A DNA stretch of 64,000 nucleotides from Acidobacteriota bacterium (GCA_965209055.1 OZ242374.1:1600001-1664000), one strand, 5' to 3'. Positions 25,018 through 35,593 are shown, counted from the stretch's first letter. Notes: generated from the letters alone by a model not told the origin. Program-made: numbers and translations.

Positions 25018-26532
25018 TCACTTGAACCGGAAGGAATAGATATCCGCGTCCTTCATGACGAAGCGAAGCCGGATCGGCCTTTCCGCCAGCCGGTCGAATC
25101 TCATGGGGTCGGTGGGCAGGAATCCCGGCCGGCTCCACCGGATCCTTCTCTGAATGTGATCGCCGAAGATGACCGGGGATTCCTCCAGCGTGAAACCCGG
25201 AATCGGTTGCCCGTCCTGGTCTTGAACCTCGATTCGGATGCTGCCCACGGCCGAGGTCGAGAAGTTGAGGACCAGATCCCTGCCTTCGAACCGGAACGGC
25301 TTGGTGACGAATTCCCCGCCGGAGTAGGGCGCCTTGATGGAAGTGAAGCCGTCGGTGCGCAGGATGAATCGCTCCAGGTAGGCGGACGGATAGGTGTAGT
25401 TTCGGGACACGTAGATCGACATCTCGTCATTGATGATGGGCACCACGCCGACGGCTGTGCTGTTGGTCCGGTGGATCCAGTTCCGCTCCTCCCTTCCCGG
25501 CCGGATGAACGCCTCCGGCCAGACGTTCCAGTCGATCCCGTCACGGCTGGACATGAAGACGGTCTCCGAAATACCGGGCCGGGGAGCGTCATCGTGGATC
25601 TGCCTCAACGGTTGGAACCGCTTGGGAAACCCCAGAGAGATATGGGGAGCCCGGAAATAGGGTGTCGCGGCATTCGTGTAGAGGTGGTCCACCGGACGGG
25701 CGTTGCCGTTGAAGGTGCAGGGGACCGGCTCCGTCCAATCGACGAGGTCCTTGGACGTGGTCCGGGCGAAGGTGCGGACGTCCTGCAGCATGTAGCGGAA
25801 GTAGAAGACGTACTGTTGCTCCGATTCGGACCAGAACAGCACGTTGACGGAATCGAAGGCATTGGGAAGCGAGGTGACGAAGAGGGGGTCCTCCCGCCAC
25901 TTCTTCCACTGCAATCCGTCGGGCGAGACCCAGAGCACCAGGCCCACGGAGCGTTCCCTGGTTTGGCCGAAACGGGGATTGATGCCGACTCCGCCCCCCG
26001 CCTTGAAACGCATCGCCGGATCGACGCCGGGCCGGGTGTCCAGCAGGGGCGCACCCTGAGGCCTATCGGTGACGATGTTGTTTTCGGTGGATCCGTCAAA
26101 CTCGTAGAGGCCGAGATTCGGCCGCGTCCAGTGGATTCCGTCCCGGCTTTCGGCATAGCAGAGAAAGTTGGGATGTGCAGGCGTGAGCTTCTCGTCCTGC
26201 CGCAGTCCGGCCTTCCTCGCATAGGTCGGGTCGGTGCGGCCCATGTAGTACATGCGGAAGAGGTCGCCGTCCTTGAAGACGGTCAACTGCCAACTGGTGT
26301 TCCCCTCCCAGGGACGATCGAATTCCAGGACTTTGCCGCCGGACCAGGGTGAGTGAAGGCGGATTTCCACTCCCTCCATCTCGGCGATCAGATGGTCGTC
26401 GGTGAACAACTCCAGCCGGGAACCGATGTCAACGGTTTCCATGGAATTGGCCTCCCCCGCGGCAATAAAGGAACCGGTCGCAGCCGCAGATAGGGCCAGC
26501 AACGCCAAGACTCGAAGCCAGGTTACGCGCAT
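25018..26532 (-). CDS. Secreted beta-propeller glycoside-hydrolase-like protein (GH32/43-like)
   Basis: Signal peptide; RLELFTDD, DRPWEG, YAESRDGIHW.RP, SRDGIDW, LRTDGF, DIYSFRF. Confidence 0.75.
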   Translation of the reverse strand: MRVTWLRVLALLALSAAATGSFIAAGEANSMETVDIGSRLELFTDDHLIAEMEGVEIRLHSPWSGGKVLEFDRPWEGNTSWQLTVFKDGDLFRMYYMGRTDPTYARKAGLRQDEKLTPAHPNFLCYAESRDGIHWTRPNLGLYEFDGSTENNIVTDRPQGAPLLDTRPGVDPAMRFKAGGGVGINPRFGQTRERSVGLVLWVSPDGLQWKKWREDPLFVTSLPNAFDSVNVLFWSESEQQYVFYFRYMLQDVRTFARTTSKDLVDWTEPVPCTFNGNARPVDHLYTNAATPYFRAPHISLGFPKRFQPLRQIHDDAPRPGISETVFMSSRDGIDWNVWPEAFIRPGREERNWIHRTNSTAVGVVPIINDEMSIYVSRNYTYPSAYLERFILRTDGFTSIKAPYSGGEFVTKPFRFEGRDLVLNFSTSAVGSIRIEVQDQDGQPIPGFTLEESPVIFGDHIQRRIRWSRPGFLPTDPMRFDRLAERPIRLRFVMKDADIYSFRFK

Positions 26533-26684
26533 GATTCACTCCTCGGTCGCAATTGGGTCCGCTGTCCCGCGGGTTGCCGCGTGGACGCCGACAATTCCGA
26601 TTCTGTCCATGTTGAAATCGCAATCATGTGAGGATACGTTTCGGAAGCGTTCGCGCCAAGGGCTGTTAACAGGAGGGGTCGCCA

Positions 26685-27752
26685 ATGAGCCGAAATAAGG
26701 AATTCGATTTCGAAAACTTGCCTCAGGCCAGCAAGGACATCTACGAACTGCGATTGAAGACGCCGGATCTGACCGGCCTGGCCGGCGCCGTTCGGACGAC
26801 CTGCGGCGATACGATTTCCGCGGACGCGATCACCGACGCCATTGCGGCGCGGTTGGATGCCGATTCGCTGTCGATCCCCGTCCTGGCGGTGAAGGGCGCC
26901 TCGGGACAGGGAAAGACTCTGGTGGCGACGGCCGGAGTGCACGGGGACGAATATGAGGGCATGGAGGCCATCTTCCGGATCTACGAAGCCCTGGATCCCT
27001 CCAACCTGTCCGGGGCCTTCGTCGCCGTGCCGGTGGTGACGCTTCCGGCGTTCTGGCAGGCGACGCGGGCAAACCCCGTGGACGGCCTCAACATGGCCCG
27101 CATCTTCCCCGGGTCTCCGTCGGGGTCCATGAGCGAGCGTCTGGCGTCCCTGATGCTGGAGAAGGTCTTCCGGCATGCTGACCTCTACATCGACCTGCAC
27201 AGCTCGGGCCGGAACTACGCCATGATGACTCTCGTCGGCTACGCCTCCGTGGGCCGGCAGGCCGAGACCGCCCGGGCGGCAGCGGAGTGCTTCGGAGCCC
27301 CTTTGGTCTGGGAGCATCCCAAGGTCTCTCCCGGCCGCACCCTGACCGAGACCCTGAAGCTGGAAATTCCGTCCCTTTACACCGAAGCCCGGGGAGGAGG
27401 CCGCGCCCACCCCGACGACGTGGATTGCTACACCCGGGGGCTGGCCAATCTGCTGGCGTTTCTCGAGATGGCGAAACTCCCCGCCGCCGGGCTGGGGACG
27501 GATTACGAGCCGCTGCGGCTTTGCGGCGACGGCGACGTGGATGTCTCCATGAAGTCCGGAAGCAGCGGACTCTTCTTCTCCGGCGGCCGTGTGGGCATGC
27601 GGGTTCGCGAAGGGGAGTTGCTGGGAATGATCCGGGATCTGGACGGCACGCCGTTGGAGGAAGTCCGGAGCCCTCAGGATGGTGTTTTGGTGATGATCCG
27701 GACCAACCCGCGCATCTTCGCCGGGGAGGTCCTCCTGGTCATCAACGCTTGA
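26685..27752 (+). CDS. Succinylglutamate desuccinylase/aspartoacylase (M14) family protein
   Basis: AGVHGDEYEG, NMARIFPG, IDLHS, C-terminal barrel-sandwich hybrid domain. Confidence 0.88.
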   Translation: MSRNKEFDFENLPQASKDIYELRLKTPDLTGLAGAVRTTCGDTISADAITDAIAARLDADSLSIPVLAVKGASGQGKTLVATAGVHGDEYEGMEAIFRIYEALDPSNLSGAFVAVPVVTLPAFWQATRANPVDGLNMARIFPGSPSGSMSERLASLMLEKVFRHADLYIDLHSSGRNYAMMTLVGYASVGRQAETARAAAECFGAPLVWEHPKVSPGRTLTETLKLEIPSLYTEARGGGRAHPDDVDCYTRGLANLLAFLEMAKLPAAGLGTDYEPLRLCGDGDVDVSMKSGSSGLFFSGGRVGMRVREGELLGMIRDLDGTPLEEVRSPQDGVLVMIRTNPRIFAGEVLLVINA

Positions 27753-27793
27753 TCCGATTGTCGAGGGGACTGGGATGCCCCCTTCTCGGAAAT

Positions 27794-27925
27794 AGGCGCG
27801 ATTTCCAATCGCCCTGTCTTCGTCGCCAAGTTTGTCACGCCGGAGTTCGGCGGTTAGGAAATAGGCGCTCCAGTTCGGCGATTGGAAATCGCCGCCCCGG
27901 TTCGGCGATTGGAAATCGCCGCTTC
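27794..27925. repeat. REP-like cluster (GGCGATTGGAAATCGCC hairpins in tandem, one inverted copy)
   Basis: GTTCGGCGATTGGAAATCGCCGC twice, a degenerate third copy, and GCGATTTCCAATCGC upstream; lies between convergent genes. Confidence 0.75.
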
Positions 27926-27953
27926 TTTCCTTGTTCTGGTTCGAAGGGACGGA

Positions 27954-28700
27954 TCAGTTCAGCTTCTTGATCTTGATGTTCCGGAACCAGACCGGGTCGC
28001 TGTGGTCCTGCAGGACGATGTGACCCGCGTCCATGAGCCCGTAGTGGGGGAGATCCTTGAACTTGCTGGCGGCTACCCGCTTTTTCCAGTCCTCGCTGCG
28101 CAGCTCGTATTCAACGATCTTCTCGCCGTTCATCCAGTGCTCCACGTGGTTGCCGTGGGCGACGATTCCCACCTGGTTCCACTCGCCGGCCTTTCGAACC
28201 ACATCCTTCGAGGGGGGATGAAGAGCGTAGTTGGCGCCGGCGCTGGTCTCCCGCCTGGCGCCGTCGCGGTGGCCGGCATCGTCCAGAACCTGCATCTCCG
28301 GTCCCGTGTACCAGAGGCTTTCGTATTCCTCGCTGGCCCGAAAGAAAATCCCGCTGTTGCCGGCCTCCAGGACCTTCCATTCCAGCCGCAAATCGAAATC
28401 ACCGTACTGTTCGCGGGTGAGGATGTCCCCGGCCCGGACCTTTCCCGCGTAGTGGATGGAGTCGTCGTTGATCTCCCATCCTTCCGGAATCTCCTGGCTC
28501 CGGAAACCTCGCCACTGATCCAGGCTCTCTCCGTCGAAGAGCAACGTCCAACCTTCGGCCCGCTCCTCGTCGGTCAGGGTGTTCAACATCGGGGCCGCCT
28601 CCTCCTCCATCGCCGGCTCCGAGTCGGGTGCGGCGCAGGAGGCGAAGCAAACCAATATTCCCGAGAGCAGGGTTGCTGTTCTTGTCATGATGGTCTCCAT
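27954..28700 (-). CDS. DUF1080 (3-keto-disaccharide hydrolase-like) lipoprotein
   Basis: Lipobox-like FASC; LLFDG, NSGIFFR, EMQVLD, GEWN, LQDH..VWFRNIKI. Confidence 0.9.
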   Translation of the reverse strand: METIMTRTATLLSGILVCFASCAAPDSEPAMEEEAAPMLNTLTDEERAEGWTLLFDGESLDQWRGFRSQEIPEGWEINDDSIHYAGKVRAGDILTREQYGDFDLRLEWKVLEAGNSGIFFRASEEYESLWYTGPEMQVLDDAGHRDGARRETSAGANYALHPPSKDVVRKAGEWNQVGIVAHGNHVEHWMNGEKIVEYELRSEDWKKRVAASKFKDLPHYGLMDAGHIVLQDHSDPVWFRNIKIKKLN

Positions 28701-28723
28701 GAAGGTCCGGGAGGAGACGACTC

Positions 28724-29575
28724 TCACACCCGGACGAATTTGGTCAGGCCGCCGTTGACGCCCACCTCGCCGATGTAGATGTCGCCCCGGCTGTCCCCCC
28801 AGATGGCGTGGGGGAAGCCTGGGAACTGTCCGGGACCGTCCCCTTCTTCACCCCAACGGGAAAGCACTTGGCCGTCCCGGTCGAGGACGCTGACGCGATG
28901 CCGGAGTTCGGCAACGAAAATGGTCTCGTCCGGATCGAACCAGACGAAGTCGGGCCCATGTGGATCGGCCCACTCCCTCAAGTAGTTTCCCTCGCCGTCG
29001 AAGATCTGGATCCGGTTGTTGGAGCGGTCGCAGACGTAGACCAGGTATTCTGAATCGACCCAGACGTCGTGGACCAGGTCGAACTGCCCGGGTCCCGTGC
29101 CCGGCTCGCCCCAACTTTTCAGGAGCACGCCTTCGGATGAGAACTTGTGCACTTTGTCGTTGCCGTATCCGTCGCTGACGAACAGGCAGCCGTCCGGTGC
29201 GATGGCCAGATTCGTGGGCAGGTTGAACGGCGCGCCGGGAGGACGGGGGACGCCGGGGGTGCCCAGGGTCCACTGCAGTTCACCGTCGGTGGTGAGTTTG
29301 TGGACGCAGTGGCCTTTCCACTCGGTGCAGTAAAGGTTGTCTTCCGCATCGATCCGAAGACCGTGAGCGTGGTGCAGCAGATCCTCGCCCCATGAGGTGA
29401 GGAAGTTTCCGTCCCGGTCGAAGACGACCATGGGGTGCTCGCTTCGGCTGTAGACGTAGACCCGGTCCCGGCTGTCGACGGCGATGGCGGGAATCCAGCC
29501 GAAGGTCCAGCCCGATGGGAGCTTGGCCCAATCGCGCACGGGTTCGTACTGATAGTCGCCTTGTCCCACCGGCAT
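28724..29575 (-). CDS. NHL-repeat protein (peptidylglycine lyase-like propeller)
   Basis: Repeated FNLPT/FDLVH, SDGYGN, WG..G.GPGQF, DRSNNRIQIFD. Confidence 0.88.
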   Translation of the reverse strand: MPVGQGDYQYEPVRDWAKLPSGWTFGWIPAIAVDSRDRVYVYSRSEHPMVVFDRDGNFLTSWGEDLLHHAHGLRIDAEDNLYCTEWKGHCVHKLTTDGELQWTLGTPGVPRPPGAPFNLPTNLAIAPDGCLFVSDGYGNDKVHKFSSEGVLLKSWGEPGTGPGQFDLVHDVWVDSEYLVYVCDRSNNRIQIFDGEGNYLREWADPHGPDFVWFDPDETIFVAELRHRVSVLDRDGQVLSRWGEEGDGPGQFPGFPHAIWGDSRGDIYIGEVGVNGGLTKFVRV

Positions 29576-29689
29576 CTGGCTCTCCTCTCTGATTGGAGTG
29601 GAATTGGAACACCCGCACCTACCCCTGTCAACCGGCGGGCCGTCCCATTCCCGTGCCCCGGCCGAAACGGAGCAGCGTCGGGGCAGACC

Positions 29690-31249
29690 TTACTTGAACT
29701 GGAAGGAAAAGAGCTTGGCGTTCCGAATCCAGAAGCGCAATTGAATGGGGCGGCCCGCCAGTTCGCTGAGGTCGTTTCGACCCTGCCAACTGGCTTGGTG
29801 CGTTCCCGTCATGGTCAGGGGATCGGATTGATCCAAGGAGAAGCCGGACAAGGGCTGGGCCTGATGATCCAGAATCTCCACCTTGATCTGCGCACGCCCC
29901 GCGCCATAGTTGTGAGGGGCGGCTTCCAGGTTCACCGCGAGTGACGCGCCTTCGAAGCTGAAGAGGTGGGTGAGCAGGATCCCCGGCCGAAGCTTTCCGG
30001 CGTCGATGGAAACGAATCCATCCTCTGGAAGCGTGGCCAGCCCGGGCGCCCGAATCGCCGATTCTCCGGCGAAAAAGAGCTGTTGGGGTCCCCTCCAGTT
30101 GGCGCCCGTGTAGTAGATCCAGATTTTGCCGTCACGCATGATCGGTGCCGAGGAGTAGACGCTCACTTCGTCGAAGCTGCCGTGGTCCCCGTTTCGGACC
30201 AGGGGCTCGCGGAATCTCCTCTCGTAGTGCACGCCGTCCCGACTGAAGGCCAGGGTGGGGTAGTGGAGAGTGTTGGTGGTTCGAAAGATCCAGGGCAGGG
30301 CGATGTAGACTCCCTCGTAGGCGACGACGGGGAAGTTGTAGAACTCGGCATCGACATAGTCCCGTTCGTCCGGCAGCAGGATGTTCTGGGGCAGACTCCA
30401 GTTCCTCAGATCGGGACTCTCGGCCCTTCCCACGATGCGTAGTCCCAGGGGACAAGCGCGGTGGAGGCAGTTCTCGATATGGGCCGCATACACCTTTCGG
30501 ATGGGATCCCATCCCATGTAGTGCGTGGGGCCCCAGCGGCCCGGCTCCGGTGTGGTATCCATCACAGGATTGTCCGGGTGGGGCGTCCACTCGAAGCCGT
30601 CGCCGGAGGTGTAGAGGTGGAGTTGCATGCCTGGGGGATCGCTGGAGCGGGTTTGACGGATCGCCTTGTAGCGCCTCGCCGGATCCTTCTCATGGGTGTC
30701 GAAGAAGGTGGGGGCCCGGCTGTCCTCGGGCAGGATGTTGTTGGAACGTGAGCCGTTGAACTCCACCTTGCCCAGACCGGGTTTTTCCCAGTGGATTCCG
30801 TCGCGGGAGGTCGCGTAACAGAGACGATAAATGTACTGGCCAGGGTCCCCTGTGTAGCGATAGGCCGCTTCCACCTTTTCCCGGGCGGCGCCCTTGTCCG
30901 TCCACTGGTAATCGGTCAGCGCTCCGCCCCCGCGCTGGGCCTTGTATTCATCTGTGGTTCTGTACCACATCTTGAACAGGCCCTCCTCCTCGTCGTAGAG
31001 AACCTTGGCGATGGGACTGAGACGGCCCTCCCAGGGGCGATCGGGCCTCACCACAGGATTGTTGGCCGATTTGGTGGCTGGGTTGAGCACCTGCCGGGCA
31101 TCGCTGAGGCTCTGGATCATGTAGTCGTCGATGAAGAGCTGTTTGCGGTTCCCGATCTCCAGCAGGCTCGTAGGTTCGGATGTTCCGTGAAGCTTCAGGA
31201 GGGTAAGCAGGAATACACCGAGACAGGTTAGAGAAACATGGCTTCTCAT
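29690..31249 (-). CDS. Secreted beta-propeller glycoside-hydrolase-like protein (paralog of 25018-26532)
   Basis: KQLFIDD, DRPWEG, YATSRDGIHW.KP, LPEDGF, KLFSFQF. Confidence 0.75.
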   Translation of the reverse strand: MRSHVSLTCLGVFLLTLLKLHGTSEPTSLLEIGNRKQLFIDDYMIQSLSDARQVLNPATKSANNPVVRPDRPWEGRLSPIAKVLYDEEEGLFKMWYRTTDEYKAQRGGGALTDYQWTDKGAAREKVEAAYRYTGDPGQYIYRLCYATSRDGIHWEKPGLGKVEFNGSRSNNILPEDSRAPTFFDTHEKDPARRYKAIRQTRSSDPPGMQLHLYTSGDGFEWTPHPDNPVMDTTPEPGRWGPTHYMGWDPIRKVYAAHIENCLHRACPLGLRIVGRAESPDLRNWSLPQNILLPDERDYVDAEFYNFPVVAYEGVYIALPWIFRTTNTLHYPTLAFSRDGVHYERRFREPLVRNGDHGSFDEVSVYSSAPIMRDGKIWIYYTGANWRGPQQLFFAGESAIRAPGLATLPEDGFVSIDAGKLRPGILLTHLFSFEGASLAVNLEAAPHNYGAGRAQIKVEILDHQAQPLSGFSLDQSDPLTMTGTHQASWQGRNDLSELAGRPIQLRFWIRNAKLFSFQFK

Positions 31250-31453
31250 TTCGTTCCTTCCTTGAAAGTCAGTACCTGCAGGCCAGGAATCCAATTGAGC
31301 AATCGGCTCTCAGGCGGCTGTTTCGTGGAGTTGGTTGAAACGACTATACAATCCGGTTCGATGCCCGGTCCATACGAGCCGGGGGAGAATTCCGTAACCG
31401 CGTGACTATAACTTTGTGCCGAAACGTACTCTCGGACCGAGAGTGGAGATCGT

Positions 31454-32263
31454 CTACGGGTCGGCCATCAGCCGAAGGAGAACGTCCCTGGAAATCAGAG
31501 CCATGTCCTGTCTGCGTTCCAGGAATGGCGAAACGTCCCGAAGAACCTGTTCCCAGTCAATCGTGTTCAGTTTATTCCTGATCAGCCCGCGCCAGTTTGC
31601 CGGTGTGACGTTGGGTGCGTCCCAACCCGACTGCCGGAGGGCGTTGTTCAATTGAACCAGGTTCGGAGCCGGCCAAGTGGGATCGGCAAGGTACCAACCC
31701 AAGTCATACAGGTCACGCCCCTTCGTATACTTGCGCATCAGCACGGCATGCAACTTGCCGGCCAGCAACGATTTCCGGTCGTAGTGAAGAAGATTCAACC
31801 AGACGAAGCGACGCACCAAGCGCGTCGTTGTGCGCGCACCGCGGGGAGGGTTGGTGTCGATCTCGACCTTCACCATGATCACCTCGTTGGGGTGGGGAGA
31901 CAGACCGATTTCGTACAGGAGCCCGCGTATCTTTATCGCGGCGGTCGCTACCGGGGGGCGTGGCCGGGGCAGGATCTCCACGTCGTATCCCTCCAGTGCA
32001 AGATCCTTGCCGACGGACTGCATGTGCTTTTCGAATCGAGCATTCTCTCCCGGCTTGGCGAGGGAGAAATCGAGATCCTCGGAATAACGGGGAAGCTGGA
32101 ACAGGAACCGCAGGGCCGTACCCCTGACAAAGGCCCAGTCGCTGAAGGCCCCGGAGTCCTGGAGCGCCAGGAGAATTCGCGCCTGCAAGTATTCCCGAAC
32201 CGTGCTGCGCCGCCGGAAATCATCAGGCTGATCCCGGAGGATCTCTAACAGAAGGGGTTTCAT
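31454..32263 (-). CDS. abiEii: AbiEii-family nucleotidyltransferase toxin (type IV TA)
   Basis: FVRGTAL (usually GGTAL), RYSEDLDF, K..A...R..KGRDLYD; start overlaps the abiEi stop (ATGA). Confidence 0.88.
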   Translation of the reverse strand: MKPLLLEILRDQPDDFRRRSTVREYLQARILLALQDSGAFSDWAFVRGTALRFLFQLPRYSEDLDFSLAKPGENARFEKHMQSVGKDLALEGYDVEILPRPRPPVATAAIKIRGLLYEIGLSPHPNEVIMVKVEIDTNPPRGARTTTRLVRRFVWLNLLHYDRKSLLAGKLHAVLMRKYTKGRDLYDLGWYLADPTWPAPNLVQLNNALRQSGWDAPNVTPANWRGLIRNKLNTIDWEQVLRDVSPFLERRQDMALISRDVLLRLMADP

Positions 32264-32889
32264 CTCGGATCTTGGTTCTCCCAAAGTTCCAGGAGCCGCG
32301 CCACGGCGCGTTCGATTTTGGCGGACCGACACCTCTCAACGACGGCATGGAGTCCTTCCAGGTCGAGTCCACGGGGCTTTTCAAGCCGAAGTTCGCGCAG
32401 GTATTCGACGCGGTCGCTGTGCGGAGTCAGGTAGAGCAGGTCGACCAGCGCCTTTTCCGGGCGCGCAAGCAACGCCATCTGGTCTCTTGCGATTTCCGTT
32501 TCCGTAAACCCGAAGAAAAGTGGGGCGCTGACATGTCGGAACTGGAATCGTCCTTTGGGCGTCGAAAGCTCTTCCGGTCGGCCCGTCGTGATGCTGGTAG
32601 TGACCGGAACGTACTCGGGAATCATGCCGTGGTGGGCCAACGCTGACTGTAGACTGACGTAGGAGGCTTTCTTGAGCGCGTTCGCAGTCGCGAAGGGGTG
32701 AGCTGGAGTTTTGGAGTAGAGATCGGCCAGCAGGTACACTCCGCGCCTCAAACGGATGACTCGTTCGCTCTTGACCCACCGGCCCAGTTGCCGCCTGACA
32801 TGAGCAGGAGAGGTTTGCCCAGCGAGAATCTGGCCTGTTCTGAATACTCCATTGGGAGGTGCTACTGCGAGCAAATCTCCGAATTGCAT
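32260..32889 (-). CDS. abiEi: AbiEi-family antitoxin
   Basis: IRLRRGVY, SYVSLQSAL..HGMIPE, A.PEKALVD. Confidence 0.88.
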   Translation of the reverse strand: MQFGDLLAVAPPNGVFRTGQILAGQTSPAHVRRQLGRWVKSERVIRLRRGVYLLADLYSKTPAHPFATANALKKASYVSLQSALAHHGMIPEYVPVTTSITTGRPEELSTPKGRFQFRHVSAPLFFGFTETEIARDQMALLARPEKALVDLLYLTPHSDRVEYLRELRLEKPRGLDLEGLHAVVERCRSAKIERAVARLLELWENQDPR

Positions 32890-33074
32890 AGCGACAAATT
32901 GCCATATCGGTCTACTTAATGCAACGACGTCTGATCAGAGATAAATACGTTGAAGTTTCTCCCAATAGCGATTAACCTTTGTCGTGGGTGGCCGAATCTG
33001 TTGAATCGGCCGTCGCGTGAGGCAATTCAGAGACCAAGGCGCAACCGGGCGCCAAAGCTCAGAAAGGATGAATC

Positions 33075-33404
33075 ATGAAAAAGCACATCTTCGTATTCGC
33101 CTCTGTCTTCGTTCTGCTCGTAGGTACGGGTCTTGTCATGGGCGCCGGCCACGAAAAGACGATCAAGGGTGAAGGCACCTGTGCCAAGTGCGGCCTGGGT
33201 CAAACGGCTTCCTGCCAGAATGCCATCCAGGTGAAGAAGGATGGGAAGACCGTCACCTACTACATGGTTGCCAATGACGTGGCCAAGAAGTTTCACGGCA
33301 ACGTCTGCCAGGGCAGCACCAAGGTCAAGGCCAAGGGCACCGTGGCCAAAGAGGGCGGAAAGATGATGCTGACCGCCTCCTCGATCAGCAAGGTGGCCCA
33401 ATAG
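33075..33404 (+). CDS. Small secreted Cys/His protein (DUF6370-like)
   Basis: Signal peptide; GEGTCAKC..CQNAI..FH..VC; RBS AAAGGA. Confidence 0.75.
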   Translation: MKKHIFVFASVFVLLVGTGLVMGAGHEKTIKGEGTCAKCGLGQTASCQNAIQVKKDGKTVTYYMVANDVAKKFHGNVCQGSTKVKAKGTVAKEGGKMMLTASSISKVAQ

Positions 33405-33572
33405 AGGGGTTTCCCCTCCACGGCTCGAAATTTCGCATCCTCACGTCAGTCCGACGCTCTGCCGAGTGGGACTGGCGTGGGTCGTGCGGATTCGTGAGTT
33501 GCGTTCCCTATCTTACAGGCGACGCAGGAACCAGAGTCGCCCGAATGAGCCGTAGCTGAAGGCTCATCTCCC

Positions 33573-33839
33573 ATGTCTGCTCCTGCCAAGCTCCTGGTCC
33601 TGCTTGGTGTAGCCCTTTTTGTGGGCTACCTCCTGTATTCCAGCCTGAGTCTTCGTAAGTTCCGTTGCGAGGTCTGTGTCGAATTCCGTGGCCAGACCGT
33701 CTGCCGAACGGCGGCCGGGGCGACTCGGGAAGAAGCTCAAAGAACGGCTGTAGAACTCGCCTGCGCCGTGTTGGCCGCGGGCCGGACGGAGAGCATGCGG
33801 TGCAACGAGACTCCACCCAAGAGTGTCGAATGGAAGTAA
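33573..33839 (+). CDS. Small membrane-anchored Cys-rich hypothetical protein
   Basis: N-terminal TM; CEVC..C..AC..C. Confidence 0.7.
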   Translation: MSAPAKLLVLLGVALFVGYLLYSSLSLRKFRCEVCVEFRGQTVCRTAAGATREEAQRTAVELACAVLAAGRTESMRCNETPPKSVEWK

Positions 33840-33885
33840 CGCGCGATCGCTCATCCCTTCGCTATTCGAATCTGGCGGAAAGACA

Positions 33886-34269
33886 ATGCACGTAGAAGTC
33901 CGAAACCTGGAGGATGTCATCCTCGTCGATATGGAAGGCCGCCTGGTGGCCGGCGTCGGGGATCAGATCCTGCGGGAGATCATGGATGAGTTGATCGCCG
34001 AGGGATGGCAGAAGATCCTGTTGAATCTCTCCGGAGTCTCCTGGATCGACAGCTCCGGCATCGGCGAACTGGTCGCCGGAATCAGGCTGGCCAAGCGTTT
34101 CAACTGCTCGGTAAAGCTCCTGCGGGCGGGCGACCGGGTCAGGCACGTTCTCTCTCTCAGCCAGCTCCTGCCTCTTCTTGAAATCTACGAGACCGAAGAG
34201 GAAGCGCTGGAACGCTTTCGGTCCGAAACCCCGCCTCCTCCGCCGGAAGAGACCGGTTCAAAACGGTAG
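33886..34269 (+). CDS. STAS-domain anti-sigma factor antagonist
   Basis: ILLNLSGVSWIDSSGIGELV, IYETEEEAL. Confidence 0.9.
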   Translation: MHVEVRNLEDVILVDMEGRLVAGVGDQILREIMDELIAEGWQKILLNLSGVSWIDSSGIGELVAGIRLAKRFNCSVKLLRAGDRVRHVLSLSQLLPLLEIYETEEEALERFRSETPPPPPEETGSKR

Positions 34270-35460
34270 TGAGTCGCCGGCAGAGAGGACGGGAGGCGAA
34301 GTGGACACGGACTCCGGGTACTTGAGTCCCGATCCGGTGTTCAGCAGAAGCACCCTCTCGCCGGATCGGATCCAACCCGATTGACTCAGTTTCCGCGCCG
34401 CGGCCAGAGTGGCCGCTCCCTCCGGACAGATGAAGGTTCCCTCGCTCTTGGCCAACAGCCGTTGGGCCTGCAGGATCTCCTCGTCCGAGGTTTCGACGGC
34501 GCAGCCGTTGGTGTCGTAAAGGGCGTCCAGGACCAGGAAGTCTCCCAAGGCCTTGGGGACTGTGATCCCGAAGGCGACGGTCCGGGCGCCGGTCCAGAAC
34601 TCCGATTCCCGGCGGCCCGCCTCCCAGGCGCGGACGATGGGGGCGCATCCGGTGGACTGAACGGCCACCATTCGAGGAAATGGCTGATCCAGCCATCCCA
34701 GCTCCCGCAGCTCCCGGAAGACTTTGTGGATGCCGATGAGCCCCACTCCTCCCCCGGTGGGGTAGACGATCACATCGGGGAGCTGCCACTGGAATTGCTC
34801 GGCCAACTCCAGTCCCATGGTCTTCTTGCCCTCGATCCTGTAGGGCTCCTTCAGGGTCGAGGCGTCATACCAGCCGTGCCGCTTCACCCCGCCGGCCACC
34901 TGCTTCCCCGCGTCGCTGATCAGGCCGTCCACCAGGTAGAAGGTTGAACCCGTCACGGCGCACTCCTTGCGATGGATCAGCGGAGCGTCCGTGGGCATGA
35001 CGATGATGCACTCGATGCCGGCGGCGGCGCTGTAGGCGGCCCAGGCGGCCCCGGCGTTGCCGTTGGTGGGCATGGCCAGGGCTTCGACTCCAAGTTCCCG
35101 GGCGCGAGAGGCGCCGACGGCGGCTCCGCGGGCCTTGAAGGTCCCGGTCGGCAACAGGCCTTCGTCCTTCATGTAGAGCCTGGGAAGCCCGACCCGGGCG
35201 CCGGCCCGGTGCAATCTCAACAGCGGCGTCATCGTCTCTCCCAGGGAAACCGGCGAATCGGGGTTGCGGAGGGGAAGCAGCTCCCGATACCGCCAGAGGC
35301 TCGGTTCACGTCCTGCGAATTCCGACGGTTGCACCGTCTCCCGAACGCGGTTCAGGTCGTAGCGAACCAGAAGTGGACCGCCGCATCCGCAAAGGTGGGC
35401 CCTTTTGTCGCAATCGTAGACGTCCCCGCAGCGTGCGCACTCCAAATGGGTCATGAACAT
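34258..35460 (-). CDS. thrC: Threonine synthase (PLP-dependent, Zn-ribbon N-terminus)
   Basis: SLWRYRELLP, KDEG..PTGTFKARG, YRIEGKKTMG, YPTGGGVG, NTGSGLKY. Confidence 0.85.
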   Translation of the reverse strand: MFMTHLECARCGDVYDCDKRAHLCGCGGPLLVRYDLNRVRETVQPSEFAGREPSLWRYRELLPLRNPDSPVSLGETMTPLLRLHRAGARVGLPRLYMKDEGLLPTGTFKARGAAVGASRARELGVEALAMPTNGNAGAAWAAYSAAAGIECIIVMPTDAPLIHRKECAVTGSTFYLVDGLISDAGKQVAGGVKRHGWYDASTLKEPYRIEGKKTMGLELAEQFQWQLPDVIVYPTGGGVGLIGIHKVFRELRELGWLDQPFPRMVAVQSTGCAPIVRAWEAGRRESEFWTGARTVAFGITVPKALGDFLVLDALYDTNGCAVETSDEEILQAQRLLAKSEGTFICPEGAATLAAARKLSQSGWIRSGERVLLLNTGSGLKYPESVSTSPPVLSAGDSLPF

Positions 35461-35593
35461 GGATATTTTTTCCTCCAAATGCCGGGTATCCCGGCCCCCG
35501 CACCGAGACATTATAATTTGCTGAGTGGCCGGCAATGCGGACCGCCTCCATTGTCCAGGGTTCTCGCCTTGCCGGCCGGAAGGAGCGAACGAG

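Noticed and set aside
27841-27925. CRISPR array
   Set aside because: Units are about 27 bp apart with no real spacers, there are no cas genes, and the sequence belongs to the REP family.
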